From: an uncultured Alphaproteobacteria bacterium
Lineage (GTDB): Bacteria > Pseudomonadota > Alphaproteobacteria > Rhizobiales > TMED25
Length of the DNA stretch: 52,439 nt
Assembly: GCA_938074435.1 (NCBI GenBank)
Contig: CALJEH010000090.1
Location: 1 to 52,439, forward strand
Direction: 5' to 3'
Of the stretch, positions 23,838 to 34,497 are shown in pieces. Each line of letters opens with the position of its first letter. Position 1 is the stretch's first letter. The position numbers and the translations under genes were made by a program. The notes under the pieces are model-generated. The model searched no databases and was not told the origin of the DNA. It worked only from the letters and a program-made list of their open reading frames with translations.

Positions 23838-24734
23838 ATGTCAAATTATAACTCAATACTTATATCAGGTCCAACAGCATCTGGTAAATCAAAATTAGCA
23901 ATGGATATTGCAGCAAAAATTGGCGGAGTTGTTATCAATGCTGACTCTATGCAAATATATAATACAATTTCATTAATCACAGCAAGACCATCAGTTAAGG
24001 ATATGGATATGATTCCACATTTTCTATATGGGTATATTGATCCAAAAATTCGATATTCAGTTGGTGAATGGGTTGGCGATATTGAGCCTCTCATAAATTT
24101 TTTAAATAAAATTCATAAGATTCCTGTAATTGTAGGCGGAACAGGATTGTATTTTTCAGGTTTATTTGGCGAAATTTCTGAAATACCTCAGATTAGTGCA
24201 AAAACTAGATCAAAATGGGAGGATATAAAAAAGCAAAAAGGTACGGAGGCATTATTTCAAAAACTCAAAGAGTTAGACCCAAAGTCTGCAGCTATAACTA
24301 ATTCAACAGATACGACCAGAATTATTCGCGCAATAGAAGTTTTTGATGATACAGGTAAATCAATTAGAGACTGGCAAGCGTTACCTGGCAAAACAATTAT
24401 AAATAAATCTTTGTCAAAAATGATTTATCTATGCCCACCAAGAGATGTTATTAATAACAACATAATAAAAAGAACCAAAGAAATTATAGTTAATAATCAA
24501 CTTTATGAGGAAATAAAGCTATTGAGCAGTCAAAAAATATCAAACTCATGCCCCATTATGAAAGCAATTGGTGTAAAGGATACCATTGCTTACTTAGATG
24601 GAGAAATTTCTATTGAAATACTAAATGATAGAATTATTACAAATACAAAAAAATATGTAAAAAGACAACTGACATGGGCTAGAAGAAAAATGATAGATTG
24701 GGAATGGATTGATGAACCTAAATATTTTCTTTGA
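23838..24734 (+). CDS. miaA: tRNA dimethylallyltransferase
   Basis: P-loop GPTASGKS, DSMQIY, VGGTGLY, and QLTWARR near the C-terminus. Confidence 0.9.
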   Translation: MSNYNSILISGPTASGKSKLAMDIAAKIGGVVINADSMQIYNTISLITARPSVKDMDMIPHFLYGYIDPKIRYSVGEWVGDIEPLINFLNKIHKIPVIVGGTGLYFSGLFGEISEIPQISAKTRSKWEDIKKQKGTEALFQKLKELDPKSAAITNSTDTTRIIRAIEVFDDTGKSIRDWQALPGKTIINKSLSKMIYLCPPRDVINNNIIKRTKEIIVNNQLYEEIKLLSSQKISNSCPIMKAIGVKDTIAYLDGEISIEILNDRIITNTKKYVKRQLTWARRKMIDWEWIDEPKYFL

Positions 24735-24749
24735 GCGGAAACAAAAAAA

Positions 24750-24779
24750 TTGATTAATTTTTTTTTTGTAATATATTAT
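24750..24779 (+). promoter_or_regulatory. Putative promoter of the ilv leader (TTGATT-18 nt-TATTAT)
   Basis: The hexamers are read directly from the sequence and end about 22 nt upstream of the leader ATG. AT-rich context makes this weak. Confidence 0.3.
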
Positions 24780-24801
24780 AAATGTTTAATTTGGAAAATT
24801 A

Positions 24802-24849
24802 ATGTTTTACTTAAATAATAAACTGCTGGTCGTCTTATGTATCACCTGA
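24802..24849 (+). CDS. ilvBN leader peptide MFYLNNKLLVVLCIT (15 aa)
   Basis: ATG preceded by GGAAAA. Seven of 15 codons are Leu/Val/Ile, including the run LLVVL. The stop codon is embedded in a hairpin and a terminator follows, 110 nt upstream of ilvB. Confidence 0.6.
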   Translation: MFYLNNKLLVVLCIT

Positions 24850-24883
24850 GTTCACTTTGGACTCATGATGGTGATACTTTTAT

Positions 24884-24910
24884 AGGGGCAAATGCCCCTT
24901 TTTTATTTTT
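24884..24910 (+). terminator. Attenuator terminator upstream of ilvB (AGGGGC-aaat-GCCCCT plus T-run)
   Basis: A 6-bp GC-rich stem with a 4-nt loop, followed by TTTTTTATTTTT, 50 nt before the ilvB ATG. Confidence 0.7.
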
Positions 24911-24961
24911 AAGTAATGTTTATTTTGGATATTGAAAAAAATTTAACTGGGTTTTTGTATA

Positions 24962-26725
24962 ATGGGAAAAAATATTAGTGGTGCAGAAATAGTAATTCAA
25001 GCAATTGCAGATCAAGGTGTTGATGTTGTATTTGGTTATCCGGGTGGAGCCGTTCTGCCAATTTATGATGCTATATTTCAGCAAGAAGAAGTTAAGCATA
25101 TTCTTGTAAGGCATGAACAAGGAGCTGCTCATGCCGCAGAAGGTTATGCGCGTTCAACAGGAAAAGTTGGTGTTCTTATAGTGACATCAGGTCCAGGAGC
25201 TACAAATGCTGTAACTGGACTAACAGATGCTCTATTAGACTCAATTCCAATAGTTTGTATTAGTGGACAGGTGCCAACACATCTAATTGGAACTGATGCA
25301 TTTCAGGAAGCCGATACAGTTGGTATAACTAGGGCATGCACAAAGCATAATTGGTTAGTTAAAGATATTAAAGATCTTCCAAGGATTATGCATGAAGCTT
25401 TCTACGTCGCAAGATCAGGTAGACCAGGTCCAGTGTTGATCGATATTCCAAAAGATATTCAGTTTGCTGAAGGTGATTATGAAAATTTATCAAAAATCAC
25501 TCATAAAACTTACACTCCGCCTACCTCTGTGGATCATAAAGCAGTTGGTAAAGTAATAGAAATGATCCAAAGATCAAAAAATCCAATCCTCTACACTGGA
25601 GGTGGTGTTATAAATTCAGGTCCAAATGCCTCAAAATTATTAAAAAAATTCGTTGAAACGACCAATATACCAATTACATCAACACTTATGGGATTGGGTG
25701 CATATCCCGGCTCAGGAAAAAATTGGCTAGGTATGTTAGGAATGCATGGAACATACGAAGCAAATATGGCTATGCATGACTGTGACTTAATGATTTGCTT
25801 GGGTGCAAGGTTTGACGATAGGATTACTGGAAAAATAGATCAATTTTCACCAAATTCCAAGAAAGTGCATATTGATATTGATGCGACTTCAATAAATAAA
25901 AATGTTGATGTAGATCTTGCTATTCTTGCAGATTGCCACAAATTTCTTGTTGAGGCTTTAAAAATTATTAAAGATCGTAATATTAAAAATTTTCCAACTT
26001 ATCAAAAATGGTGGACTCAAATTGATACCTGGAAGACCGTCAATTGCCTCAAATATAAAGCGAACCCTGATATAATTATGCCACAATATGCAATTGAACG
26101 TCTTTACGAACTCACAAAAGACAAAGATACATATATAACAACAGAAGTTGGGCAACACCAAATGTGGGCCGCTCAATTTTATAAATTCGATGAACCCAAT
26201 AGATGGTTAACATCTGGAGGGCTTGGAACAATGGGTTATGGCTTCCCTGCAGCAAATGGAGTGCAAGTCGCGTTTCCTGAATCCTTAGTTATAGATATTG
26301 CAGGTGATGCATCAATTTTGATGAATATTCAGGAACTATCTACAGCAGTTCAGTATAGGTTGAATACTAAAATTTTTATTTTAAACAACAGCTATATGGG
26401 TATGGTAAGACAATGGCAACAGCTTCTTCATGGTAACAGAATTTCAGAAAGTTATTCCGAATCACTACCTGATTTCGTAAAGCTTGCTGAGGCTTATGGT
26501 GCTACCGGTATTCTTGCAAAAAAACCAAAGGATCTGGATGAAGCAATCATAAAAATGATAGAGACACCGGGTCCAGTAATTATGGACTGTCAGGTTGCAA
26601 ATCTTGAAAATTGTTTTCCTATGATACCATCGGGGAAAGCTCATAATGATATGTTACTTGGTGAAGATGTTTCAGATGAACAAGTATCAAATGCAATCGA
26701 TGATGATGGAAAAATAATGGTATAA
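24962..26725 (+). CDS. ilvB: Acetolactate synthase (AHAS) large subunit
   Basis: ThDP enzyme fold; motifs GYPGGAVLPIYDA and GGLGTMGYGFPAANG; 587 aa; followed by the small subunit. Confidence 0.95.
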   Translation: MGKNISGAEIVIQAIADQGVDVVFGYPGGAVLPIYDAIFQQEEVKHILVRHEQGAAHAAEGYARSTGKVGVLIVTSGPGATNAVTGLTDALLDSIPIVCISGQVPTHLIGTDAFQEADTVGITRACTKHNWLVKDIKDLPRIMHEAFYVARSGRPGPVLIDIPKDIQFAEGDYENLSKITHKTYTPPTSVDHKAVGKVIEMIQRSKNPILYTGGGVINSGPNASKLLKKFVETTNIPITSTLMGLGAYPGSGKNWLGMLGMHGTYEANMAMHDCDLMICLGARFDDRITGKIDQFSPNSKKVHIDIDATSINKNVDVDLAILADCHKFLVEALKIIKDRNIKNFPTYQKWWTQIDTWKTVNCLKYKANPDIIMPQYAIERLYELTKDKDTYITTEVGQHQMWAAQFYKFDEPNRWLTSGGLGTMGYGFPAANGVQVAFPESLVIDIAGDASILMNIQELSTAVQYRLNTKIFILNNSYMGMVRQWQQLLHGNRISESYSESLPDFVKLAEAYGATGILAKKPKDLDEAIIKMIETPGPVIMDCQVANLENCFPMIPSGKAHNDMLLGEDVSDEQVSNAIDDDGKIMV

Positions 26726-26746
26726 ATTAAAACGAAAGTGTGAATT

Positions 26747-27304
26747 ATGAATGAAAAAAATCCTGCCTCAACTTATGATATTATCAAAGTAAATGAAAAT
26801 GAAGAAAAGCATACACTATCAATTATTGTTGATGATGAACCTGGTGTGCTTGCGAGGGTGATTGGGCTATTCGCAGCACGAGGTTTTAATATTGATTCAC
26901 TTACAGTTTCAGAAACAGAAAGTAAGAACCAATTATCCCGTATAACACTTGTGACATCAGGTTCACCAAGTGTCATAGAAAAAATTAAGGTTCAAGTTGA
27001 TAGATTGGTTCCTGTTCACAGAGTTAGTGATTTAACAGCTCAATATGGACAGTACGGAGCTCTTGAGAGAGAACTTGCTCTTATAAAAGTAAAGGGAACA
27101 GGTAACAAGAGACTTGAGGCATTGCGTCTAGCAGAAGCATTTGATGCACAAACAGTAGATGCAAGCTTAGATAGTTTTATTTTTCAAATAACAGGCAGAA
27201 CCCGTGAAATCGATCGTTTTATTAACTTAATGTCAAGCGTGGGTTTAACAGAAGTTTCACGAACGGGTGTTGCAGCGCTTAAAAGAGGAGCGGATAACAC
27301 TTAA
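26747..27304 (+). CDS. ilvN: Acetolactate synthase small (regulatory) subunit
   Basis: ACT domain HTLSIIVDDEPGVLARVIGLFAARGFNIDSLTV; 185 aa. Confidence 0.9.
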   Translation: MNEKNPASTYDIIKVNENEEKHTLSIIVDDEPGVLARVIGLFAARGFNIDSLTVSETESKNQLSRITLVTSGSPSVIEKIKVQVDRLVPVHRVSDLTAQYGQYGALERELALIKVKGTGNKRLEALRLAEAFDAQTVDASLDSFIFQITGRTREIDRFINLMSSVGLTEVSRTGVAALKRGADNT

Positions 27305-27387
27305 TTCATTTTCTTTTGAATAAAGATGCATTATAAATCTTTAGAGTAAGTCTTTAGAATATGAAATTAATGTAGAAATTTTAATAA

Positions 27388-28428
<1,041 letters not shown>

Positions 28429-28435
28429 TTAGCCA

Positions 28436-29965
28436 ATGACAACAGACGGCAACCATATTAGAATTTTTGATACCACACTTCGTGACGGTGAGCAATCACC
28501 GGGAGCTACAATGACGCTTGATGAAAAGCTTCAAGTCGCGGAGCTGCTTGATGAGATGGGGGTGGATATCATTGAAGCGGGTTTCCCAATTGCATCAAAT
28601 GGTGATTTTGAAGCTGTATCTAAAATAGCTGAAAGATCAAAAAATTCTATCATTGCAGGTCTTGCAAGAGCTATACCCGAGGATATTGATAGAGCTGGTG
28701 AGGCTGTGTCAAGAGCAAAAAGAGGTCGCATACACACATTTGTATCTACTTCGCCCATACACTTACAGCACCAAATGAAAAAAAACGAAGAGGAAGTGCT
28801 TGAAATAATTCAAAAAACAGTCACACAAGCAAGAAATCTTGTAGAAGACGTTGAGTGGTCTGGAATGGATGCAACAAGAACCCCAGTTGATTTCTTATGT
28901 AAATGTGTGGAGGTTGCAATCAGAAATGGTGCCACCACAATAAATATCCCAGATACAGTTGGTTATGCAATACCAAGAGAGTTTAATAACCTTATAAAGA
29001 CTCTAAGAGAGAAAGTGCCTGGTGCTGATGAAGTAATTTTTTCTACCCATTGTCATAATGATCTTGGTTTGGCTGTGGCTAATTCACTTGCTGGAGTTGA
29101 GGCGGGTGCAAGGCAAATTGAATGCACTATAAATGGTCTTGGTGAGAGAGCTGGTAATGCAGCACTTGAAGAAGTTGTAATGGCTATCAATACTAGGTCA
29201 GACGCATTGCCTTTCACTACAAATATTGATACTTCGAAGATCCTTAGAGCGTCTAAGTTAGTGTCTGCAATCACCTCATTTCCTGTACAATATAACAAAG
29301 CAATTGTTGGGAAAAATGCATTTGCACATGAATCTGGCATTCATCAGGATGGTATGCTTAAGAATAGCCAAACATATGAAATTATGAGTCCAGAAAGCAT
29401 TGGTCTCAAAGAATCTTCTCTTGTAATGGGGAAACATTCTGGTAGGCATGCCTTCAAGGAAAAGTTAGCTGATCTAGGGTATGTATTAGGAGATAATGCA
29501 TTTCAGGATGCTTTTGAACGTTTCAAAGCCTTAGCTGATAAGAAAAAAAATATTTATGATGAAGATATAATGGCTCTCGTAGATGATGAGATTTCAAGTA
29601 CCAGCGATAGATTAAAGTTCAAATCTCTTATAGTTCATGCTGGAACACAGGGGCCGCAAAGTGCAGAACTTGAAATGGAAGTTGATGGTAAAATTATACA
29701 TAATAAATCAACTGGTGATGGTCCTGTAGATGCAATTTTCAACTGTATAAAGGCTATTTTCCCTCATAAAGCAACATTACCACTTTATCAAGTACAAGCT
29801 GTTACAGAAGGTACGGATGCACAAGCTGAAGTAAGTGTTCGATTAGAAGATGGTGGAGTCTCTTCAACTGGAAGAGGGGCTGATACTGATACACTGGTTG
29901 CATCTGCACGTGCTTATATAAGCGCATTAAATCGACTTATAATAGTCAAAGAGCGAAGTAAATAA
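28436..29965 (+). CDS. leuA: 2-isopropylmalate synthase
   Basis: IFDTTLRDGEQSPG and HCHNDLGLAVANSLAG motifs; C-terminal LeuA dimerisation/regulatory domain; 509 aa. Confidence 0.95.
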   Translation: MTTDGNHIRIFDTTLRDGEQSPGATMTLDEKLQVAELLDEMGVDIIEAGFPIASNGDFEAVSKIAERSKNSIIAGLARAIPEDIDRAGEAVSRAKRGRIHTFVSTSPIHLQHQMKKNEEEVLEIIQKTVTQARNLVEDVEWSGMDATRTPVDFLCKCVEVAIRNGATTINIPDTVGYAIPREFNNLIKTLREKVPGADEVIFSTHCHNDLGLAVANSLAGVEAGARQIECTINGLGERAGNAALEEVVMAINTRSDALPFTTNIDTSKILRASKLVSAITSFPVQYNKAIVGKNAFAHESGIHQDGMLKNSQTYEIMSPESIGLKESSLVMGKHSGRHAFKEKLADLGYVLGDNAFQDAFERFKALADKKKNIYDEDIMALVDDEISSTSDRLKFKSLIVHAGTQGPQSAELEMEVDGKIIHNKSTGDGPVDAIFNCIKAIFPHKATLPLYQVQAVTEGTDAQAEVSVRLEDGGVSSTGRGADTDTLVASARAYISALNRLIIVKERSK

Positions 29966-29975
29966 CTCATCTTTG

Positions 29976-30051
<76 letters not shown>

Positions 30052-30169
30052 ATTATAGATTTTTAAGGACTTATATAATGTAGTCAGTTATAAAACTGCT
30101 ATAATCTATTGATATTTCTTTAATTTTATTATTTAATGAACTGTTAACTATTTTAAAAGGGAGAATAAA

Positions 30170-31378
30170 ATGTTAAGAATTTTTATGTCTTTACTTGCCC
30201 TTGTTACATTTGGTTTTGGCACAGCCCAAGCTGATGAAATAAAGGTCGGTATGATTATGAGTTTCACTGGTCCCCTTGAGTCACTCGTACCACCAATGGT
30301 GGATAGTGCTGAACTAGCTTTTAATGAAGCAAATGCATCAGGAGAGCTACTTAATGGATCAACTATTACTCTTGTAAAAGGTGATGCTACATGTATTGAC
30401 TCAGCAGCGGCTGTTACAGCAGCTGAAGCAGCGGTAGCAGAGGGTGTTGTTGCTATATTTGGAGCTGACTGCTCAGGTGTTACAAAAGCTGTAACACAAA
30501 ATGTTGGCATGCCAAATGGTATTCCAAATATATCACCTGCAGCGACTTCGCCATCTTTAACAACTGAACCTGACAATGGTTTATTCTACAGAACTGCCCC
30601 ATCAGATGCCAGAGGCGGTGAAGTATTAGCAGCAATTACTGCAGATAAAGGTGTAAATAGTGTTGCCATCACTTATATTAATAATGACTATGGTGTTGGT
30701 CTCGCAGATGTTTTTGAAGCAGCAGTTGAATCAATGGGAATTGAAGTTACAGCGAAAATAGCTCATGAAGGTGATAAAGCAGACTACAGCGCAGAGGTTG
30801 GTGTTTTATCCGCCGCTGGCGGCGATGCACTTGCAGTACTTGGCTATATTGATCAAGGTGGTAATAATATTATTCGTGGTACTTTGGACGCGGGCTCATT
30901 TGATCAGTTTGCTCTTGGTGATGGTATGATTGGAACTTCACTTGAAGAAGCATTTGGTGATGAACTAAATGGTTCTTGGGGTTCTACACCAGGATCTCTT
31001 GGTGAGGCATTCCAAAAATTCCAAGCATATGCATCAGCTAATGACGTAGATCCAAATAGCGTTTATGCTGGTGAGTCATATGATGCTGCAGCTCTTCTAA
31101 TCTTAGCAATGCAAGCTGGTGATTGTGATATTAGCGGTTGTAATGGATCTACTGATGGTAGAAGTATTGCAGATAACATTCAAAAAATTGCTAACGGATC
31201 TGGACCTAAAATCTATGCAGGGGAACTTGCTAAAGGTTTAAGGTTACTAAGAGCTGGTAATTCAATTAACTATCAAGGTGCTACAGATGTTAACTTCACT
31301 GAAGTCGGTGAAGCATTTGGTCAATTCTTAGAAAAAGGTTATGTTGACGGTAAGTTCGTTAATGTAGGTGCTAGATAG
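30170..31378 (+). CDS. ABC transporter periplasmic substrate-binding protein (type I PBP, branched-chain amino acid/LivK-like family)
   Basis: Signal peptide MLRIFMSLLALVTFGFGTAQA, IKVGMIMSFTGPL start typical of the family, SD AAAGGGAG. Convergent with livM-H-F-G-type genes. Confidence 0.75.
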   Translation: MLRIFMSLLALVTFGFGTAQADEIKVGMIMSFTGPLESLVPPMVDSAELAFNEANASGELLNGSTITLVKGDATCIDSAAAVTAAEAAVAEGVVAIFGADCSGVTKAVTQNVGMPNGIPNISPAATSPSLTTEPDNGLFYRTAPSDARGGEVLAAITADKGVNSVAITYINNDYGVGLADVFEAAVESMGIEVTAKIAHEGDKADYSAEVGVLSAAGGDALAVLGYIDQGGNNIIRGTLDAGSFDQFALGDGMIGTSLEEAFGDELNGSWGSTPGSLGEAFQKFQAYASANDVDPNSVYAGESYDAAALLILAMQAGDCDISGCNGSTDGRSIADNIQKIANGSGPKIYAGELAKGLRLLRAGNSINYQGATDVNFTEVGEAFGQFLEKGYVDGKFVNVGAR

Positions 31379-31388
31379 CTTAAATAAT

Positions 31389-31417
31389 ATCACCCCACAT
31401 TTATTATGTGGGGTGAT
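31389..31417. terminator. Bidirectional terminator hairpin between convergent transporter genes
   Basis: ATCACCCCACAT-ttatt-ATGTGGGGTGAT, a perfect 12-bp stem flanked by A/T-rich runs. It sits in the 42-bp gap between the two stop codons. Confidence 0.7.
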
Positions 31418-31420
31418 AAT

Positions 31421-32788
31421 TTAATTTTTAATAATCTTCTCAGGCAATAGGCCTTTTGGTCTATATCTCATAACAACCAATAAACCAAGGCCCATCATTA
31501 AATATCTGAAATAAGGGATGCTATCAATTAGATGCATTTTTAGTTGATTTGTATTATCAATCCCACTCATCAATGTATTAATCACAAATAATGCAAATGG
31601 CGCTGATTCAATCCAAATAAACCACACAACAAATGCTCCGATTATAGCCCCATAATTATTACCTGTTCCACCAAGTAGAACCATAACCCAAATTATGAAG
31701 GTGTACCTTAATGGTTGGTAACTTGCTGGTGTGAAGAGTCCATCATATGTAACGAGCATTGCACCTGAAAAACCTATGATAGCAGAGCCAATCATAAATA
31801 TATGCAGATGTCTTTTTACAACATCTTTACCCATAGCTTTTGCTGCATCTTCATTATCACGTATTGCTCTCATCATTCTACCCCATGGCGATCTGAGGGC
31901 TTTTTCTGAAAATACTAGTAGTGTAATCACTACTATAGAGAAAATTAGGCTAAAACATAATTTTACAAAAATACTTGATGAGGTCATCACTAAGTCATTT
32001 AATAAAATAACTTTTTCTTCAAAATCTGTAATTTTTGATAATCTTCCTTTGAATAAGTATTCAATAAAATTTACAAACCAATCTGAATTTTGAAGGTCTA
32101 CCTCAAATGGTGCTGGTCTCTTCAGTCCGGTTACATTTTTAACGCCCCTTGTAAGCCATTCTTCATGCTTGACGTATGATACAACAATTCCTGAAATTAA
32201 AAGTGTAGAAATTGCAAGATAGTCTGATCTAAGGCCTAAGCAGACTTTACCTATAACAAATGCGATTATTGCAGCAAAAAAAGCTCCAACAAACCATGAG
32301 AGAATTATTGGTAGGTCAAAACCACCCAAAAAACCACTAGTCGCAGCATCAATAGACTCGATTGCAGAAATTGATGGTCCTGCAACTAACTTCATGATTG
32401 GTATTACTGAAATTACTAAAAAGAATAATAAATAGTTTTTGTATTTCGATTGCCATTTTCGATGAACGTAAAAAATGCCAGCAATTAAGATAAACAAAAT
32501 GAGGCCAGATAATATAATTCCAAATCCACCTGCAGACCAAGCCTCAGTGACTGGTGGCACTGATACAATTATAGTAGCAAAGCCACCTATAGCTAAAAAA
32601 CCCATAACACCAAAATTAATTAGTCCTGAGTATCCCCATTGAATATTAACACCCATCGACATTACTGCAGAAATTAAGCAAAGATTGAGAATAGCTAGAG
32701 CAACACCCCAAGATTGGAGAAAACCAATCATAACAAGCAGTAGTGCCATGACTCCAAAAGCAAGTTTTATATCAAGATTATTTCTCAA
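31421..32788 (-). CDS. livM: Branched-chain amino acid-type ABC transporter permease (LivM family)
   Basis: Multi-TM protein in the order LivG-LivF-LivH-LivM; 4-nt overlap with the upstream permease. At 455 aa it is longer than many LivM proteins. Confidence 0.75.
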   Translation of the reverse strand: MRNNLDIKLAFGVMALLLVMIGFLQSWGVALAILNLCLISAVMSMGVNIQWGYSGLINFGVMGFLAIGGFATIIVSVPPVTEAWSAGGFGIILSGLILFILIAGIFYVHRKWQSKYKNYLLFFLVISVIPIMKLVAGPSISAIESIDAATSGFLGGFDLPIILSWFVGAFFAAIIAFVIGKVCLGLRSDYLAISTLLISGIVVSYVKHEEWLTRGVKNVTGLKRPAPFEVDLQNSDWFVNFIEYLFKGRLSKITDFEEKVILLNDLVMTSSSIFVKLCFSLIFSIVVITLLVFSEKALRSPWGRMMRAIRDNEDAAKAMGKDVVKRHLHIFMIGSAIIGFSGAMLVTYDGLFTPASYQPLRYTFIIWVMVLLGGTGNNYGAIIGAFVVWFIWIESAPFALFVINTLMSGIDNTNQLKMHLIDSIPYFRYLMMGLGLLVVMRYRPKGLLPEKIIKN

Positions 32789-33795
32789 ATAACTTTTCCC
32801 TTAAATATTCCGTTTGGTCTGTATATTAGAACTACAACAAGTATCGCAAAAGATATCGCAAATTTATAGTCCGTTGATATGTATTGAACTAAGCTACTTG
32901 GTTCTAATTGCTCTGGCAATAGATATACTAGAAATTTCTTGTATGCATATGTCAGTCCAATCTCTGTGAAAGCAATAACAAAACCTCCATAGAATGCGCC
33001 GAGAGGATTTCCTATGCCTCCTACAATAGTTGCTGCAAAAATGGGTAATAAATTATTCCAATAGGATAATGGTTTAAAGCTTTTATCTAAACCGTATAGA
33101 GAGCCAGCAATCGTAGCAAGTATTGAGACAATAACCCAAGTATATATTATTATTTTTGTTGGATCTATTCCCGACAATAGCGCTAGGTCTTCATTATTTG
33201 AATATGCTCTCATTGATTTGCCAGTTTTAGTTTTATTGAGAAAATAAAATAGTATTGCACATGTTATAATTGTAGTTATGAAAGTAATGACTTGAGTAGA
33301 TTTTAGGGCTATACCCTCATTTAACCCAGTCATTTTCTTGAACTCACCAGCCTTCATAATGAACCTCGCTCCATCCATAAAAATAACATCACCAGGACCA
33401 ATTATAATCCTTACTATTGCATTTAAAATAAACATAACTCCAATGCTGACAACAATTAGGATTACCGGTTCGCTTTTTTTATCTCGGTAATATTTGAATA
33501 CTGTCTTATCAAAAAATAAACTCAATATGATTGTAGCAATTATTCCAATGGGCAGAGCCAGTAAAGCTGTAGGTAAGAAACCAAGGGTAATTCCTAATGA
33601 TTGTAAATACCAAGTAGTTAATATAACAACCATTGTAGCAAAGGCCATTAAATCGCCATATGCAAAATTAGCAAATCTAAGAACCCCATATATGATCGTG
33701 ACACCTATAGCCCCTAATGCAAGCTGTGAACCATATGTCAATGCTGGCACGATAATATAATTGGTCAGAAGTACAATTGCATTTAAAAAATCCAT
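32785..33795 (-). CDS. livH: Branched-chain amino acid-type ABC transporter permease (LivH family)
   Basis: Multi-TM protein of the HAAT family type (GDLMAF, GIGNPLGAFYGG). Confidence 0.75.
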   Translation of the reverse strand: MDFLNAIVLLTNYIIVPALTYGSQLALGAIGVTIIYGVLRFANFAYGDLMAFATMVVILTTWYLQSLGITLGFLPTALLALPIGIIATIILSLFFDKTVFKYYRDKKSEPVILIVVSIGVMFILNAIVRIIIGPGDVIFMDGARFIMKAGEFKKMTGLNEGIALKSTQVITFITTIITCAILFYFLNKTKTGKSMRAYSNNEDLALLSGIDPTKIIIYTWVIVSILATIAGSLYGLDKSFKPLSYWNNLLPIFAATIVGGIGNPLGAFYGGFVIAFTEIGLTYAYKKFLVYLLPEQLEPSSLVQYISTDYKFAISFAILVVVLIYRPNGIFKGKVI

Positions 33796-34497
33796 TTAAC
33801 CACCTAAAAATGACTTTCTAATTTCATCATCGTTGAGGAGATAATCTCCACTACCTTCATAGGCATTTCTTCCAGTAACAAGGATATAACCCCGGTCTGA
33901 TATATCCAAAGCTTGTCTAGCATTTTGTTCAACCATCAGTACAGCTATATTTTGTTTTTTAATATTTAAAATATGTTCAAATATCTCATCCATGACAACT
34001 GGAGATACACCAGCAGTTGGTTCATCTAACATTAAAACCTTAGGATTAGTCATTAGTGCTCTAGCAAGTGCAACTTGTTGACGTTGACCACCAGAGAGTT
34101 CTCCTGCTAACTGATCTTGCTTTTCATTCATTATAGGGAATAAGTCATACATTTCTTTAATGCGAGCACTAATATCACCATCAGTTAAGAATGCTCCCAT
34201 CTCAAGGTTTTCTTGTACAGTTAGTTCAGTAAAAATATTATTAGTTTGTGGAACAAATGAAATACCTGATTTTATCCGCTCTTGTGTTTTTAATTTTGTA
34301 ATATTTTTTCCATCAAGAATTACTTCTCCCGCCTTCAAATCTAAAATCCCCAGCATAGCTTTCATTGCTGTAGATTTACCTGCACCATTTGGTCCTAGAA
34401 TTGATACAATCTCACCCTGATTAACTTCAAAACTACATTCTTCAATGATATTGACGCCACCATAACCTCCGGTTAAATTTTTTGCAGAGAAATACAT
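33796..34497 (-). CDS. livF: Branched-chain amino acid-type ABC transporter ATP-binding protein (LivF type)
   Basis: Walker A GPNGAGKST, signature LSGGQRQQVA, Walker B LMLDEP, and the FVPQTNNIF..LTVQENL region typical of LivF; 233 aa. Confidence 0.8.
   Translation of the reverse strand: MYFSAKNLTGGYGGVNIIEECSFEVNQGEIVSILGPNGAGKSTAMKAMLGILDLKAGEVILDGKNITKLKTQERIKSGISFVPQTNNIFTELTVQENLEMGAFLTDGDISARIKEMYDLFPIMNEKQDQLAGELSGGQRQQVALARALMTNPKVLMLDEPTAGVSPVVMDEIFEHILNIKKQNIAVLMVEQNARQALDISDRGYILVTGRNAYEGSGDYLLNDDEIRKSFLGG

Noticed and set aside
24782-24802. Six-codon mini-ORF MFNLEN upstream of the ilv leader peptide
   Set aside because: It is too short, has no branched-chain codon enrichment and no SD. 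The 15-codon ORF that follows fits the attenuator geometry.
30148-30576. 142-aa minus-strand ORF opposite the substrate-binding protein gene
   Set aside because: This is an antisense shadow of an Ala/Gly/Val-rich, GC-richer coding region. It has no SD, a low-complexity product, and lies entirely inside a well-supported gene.
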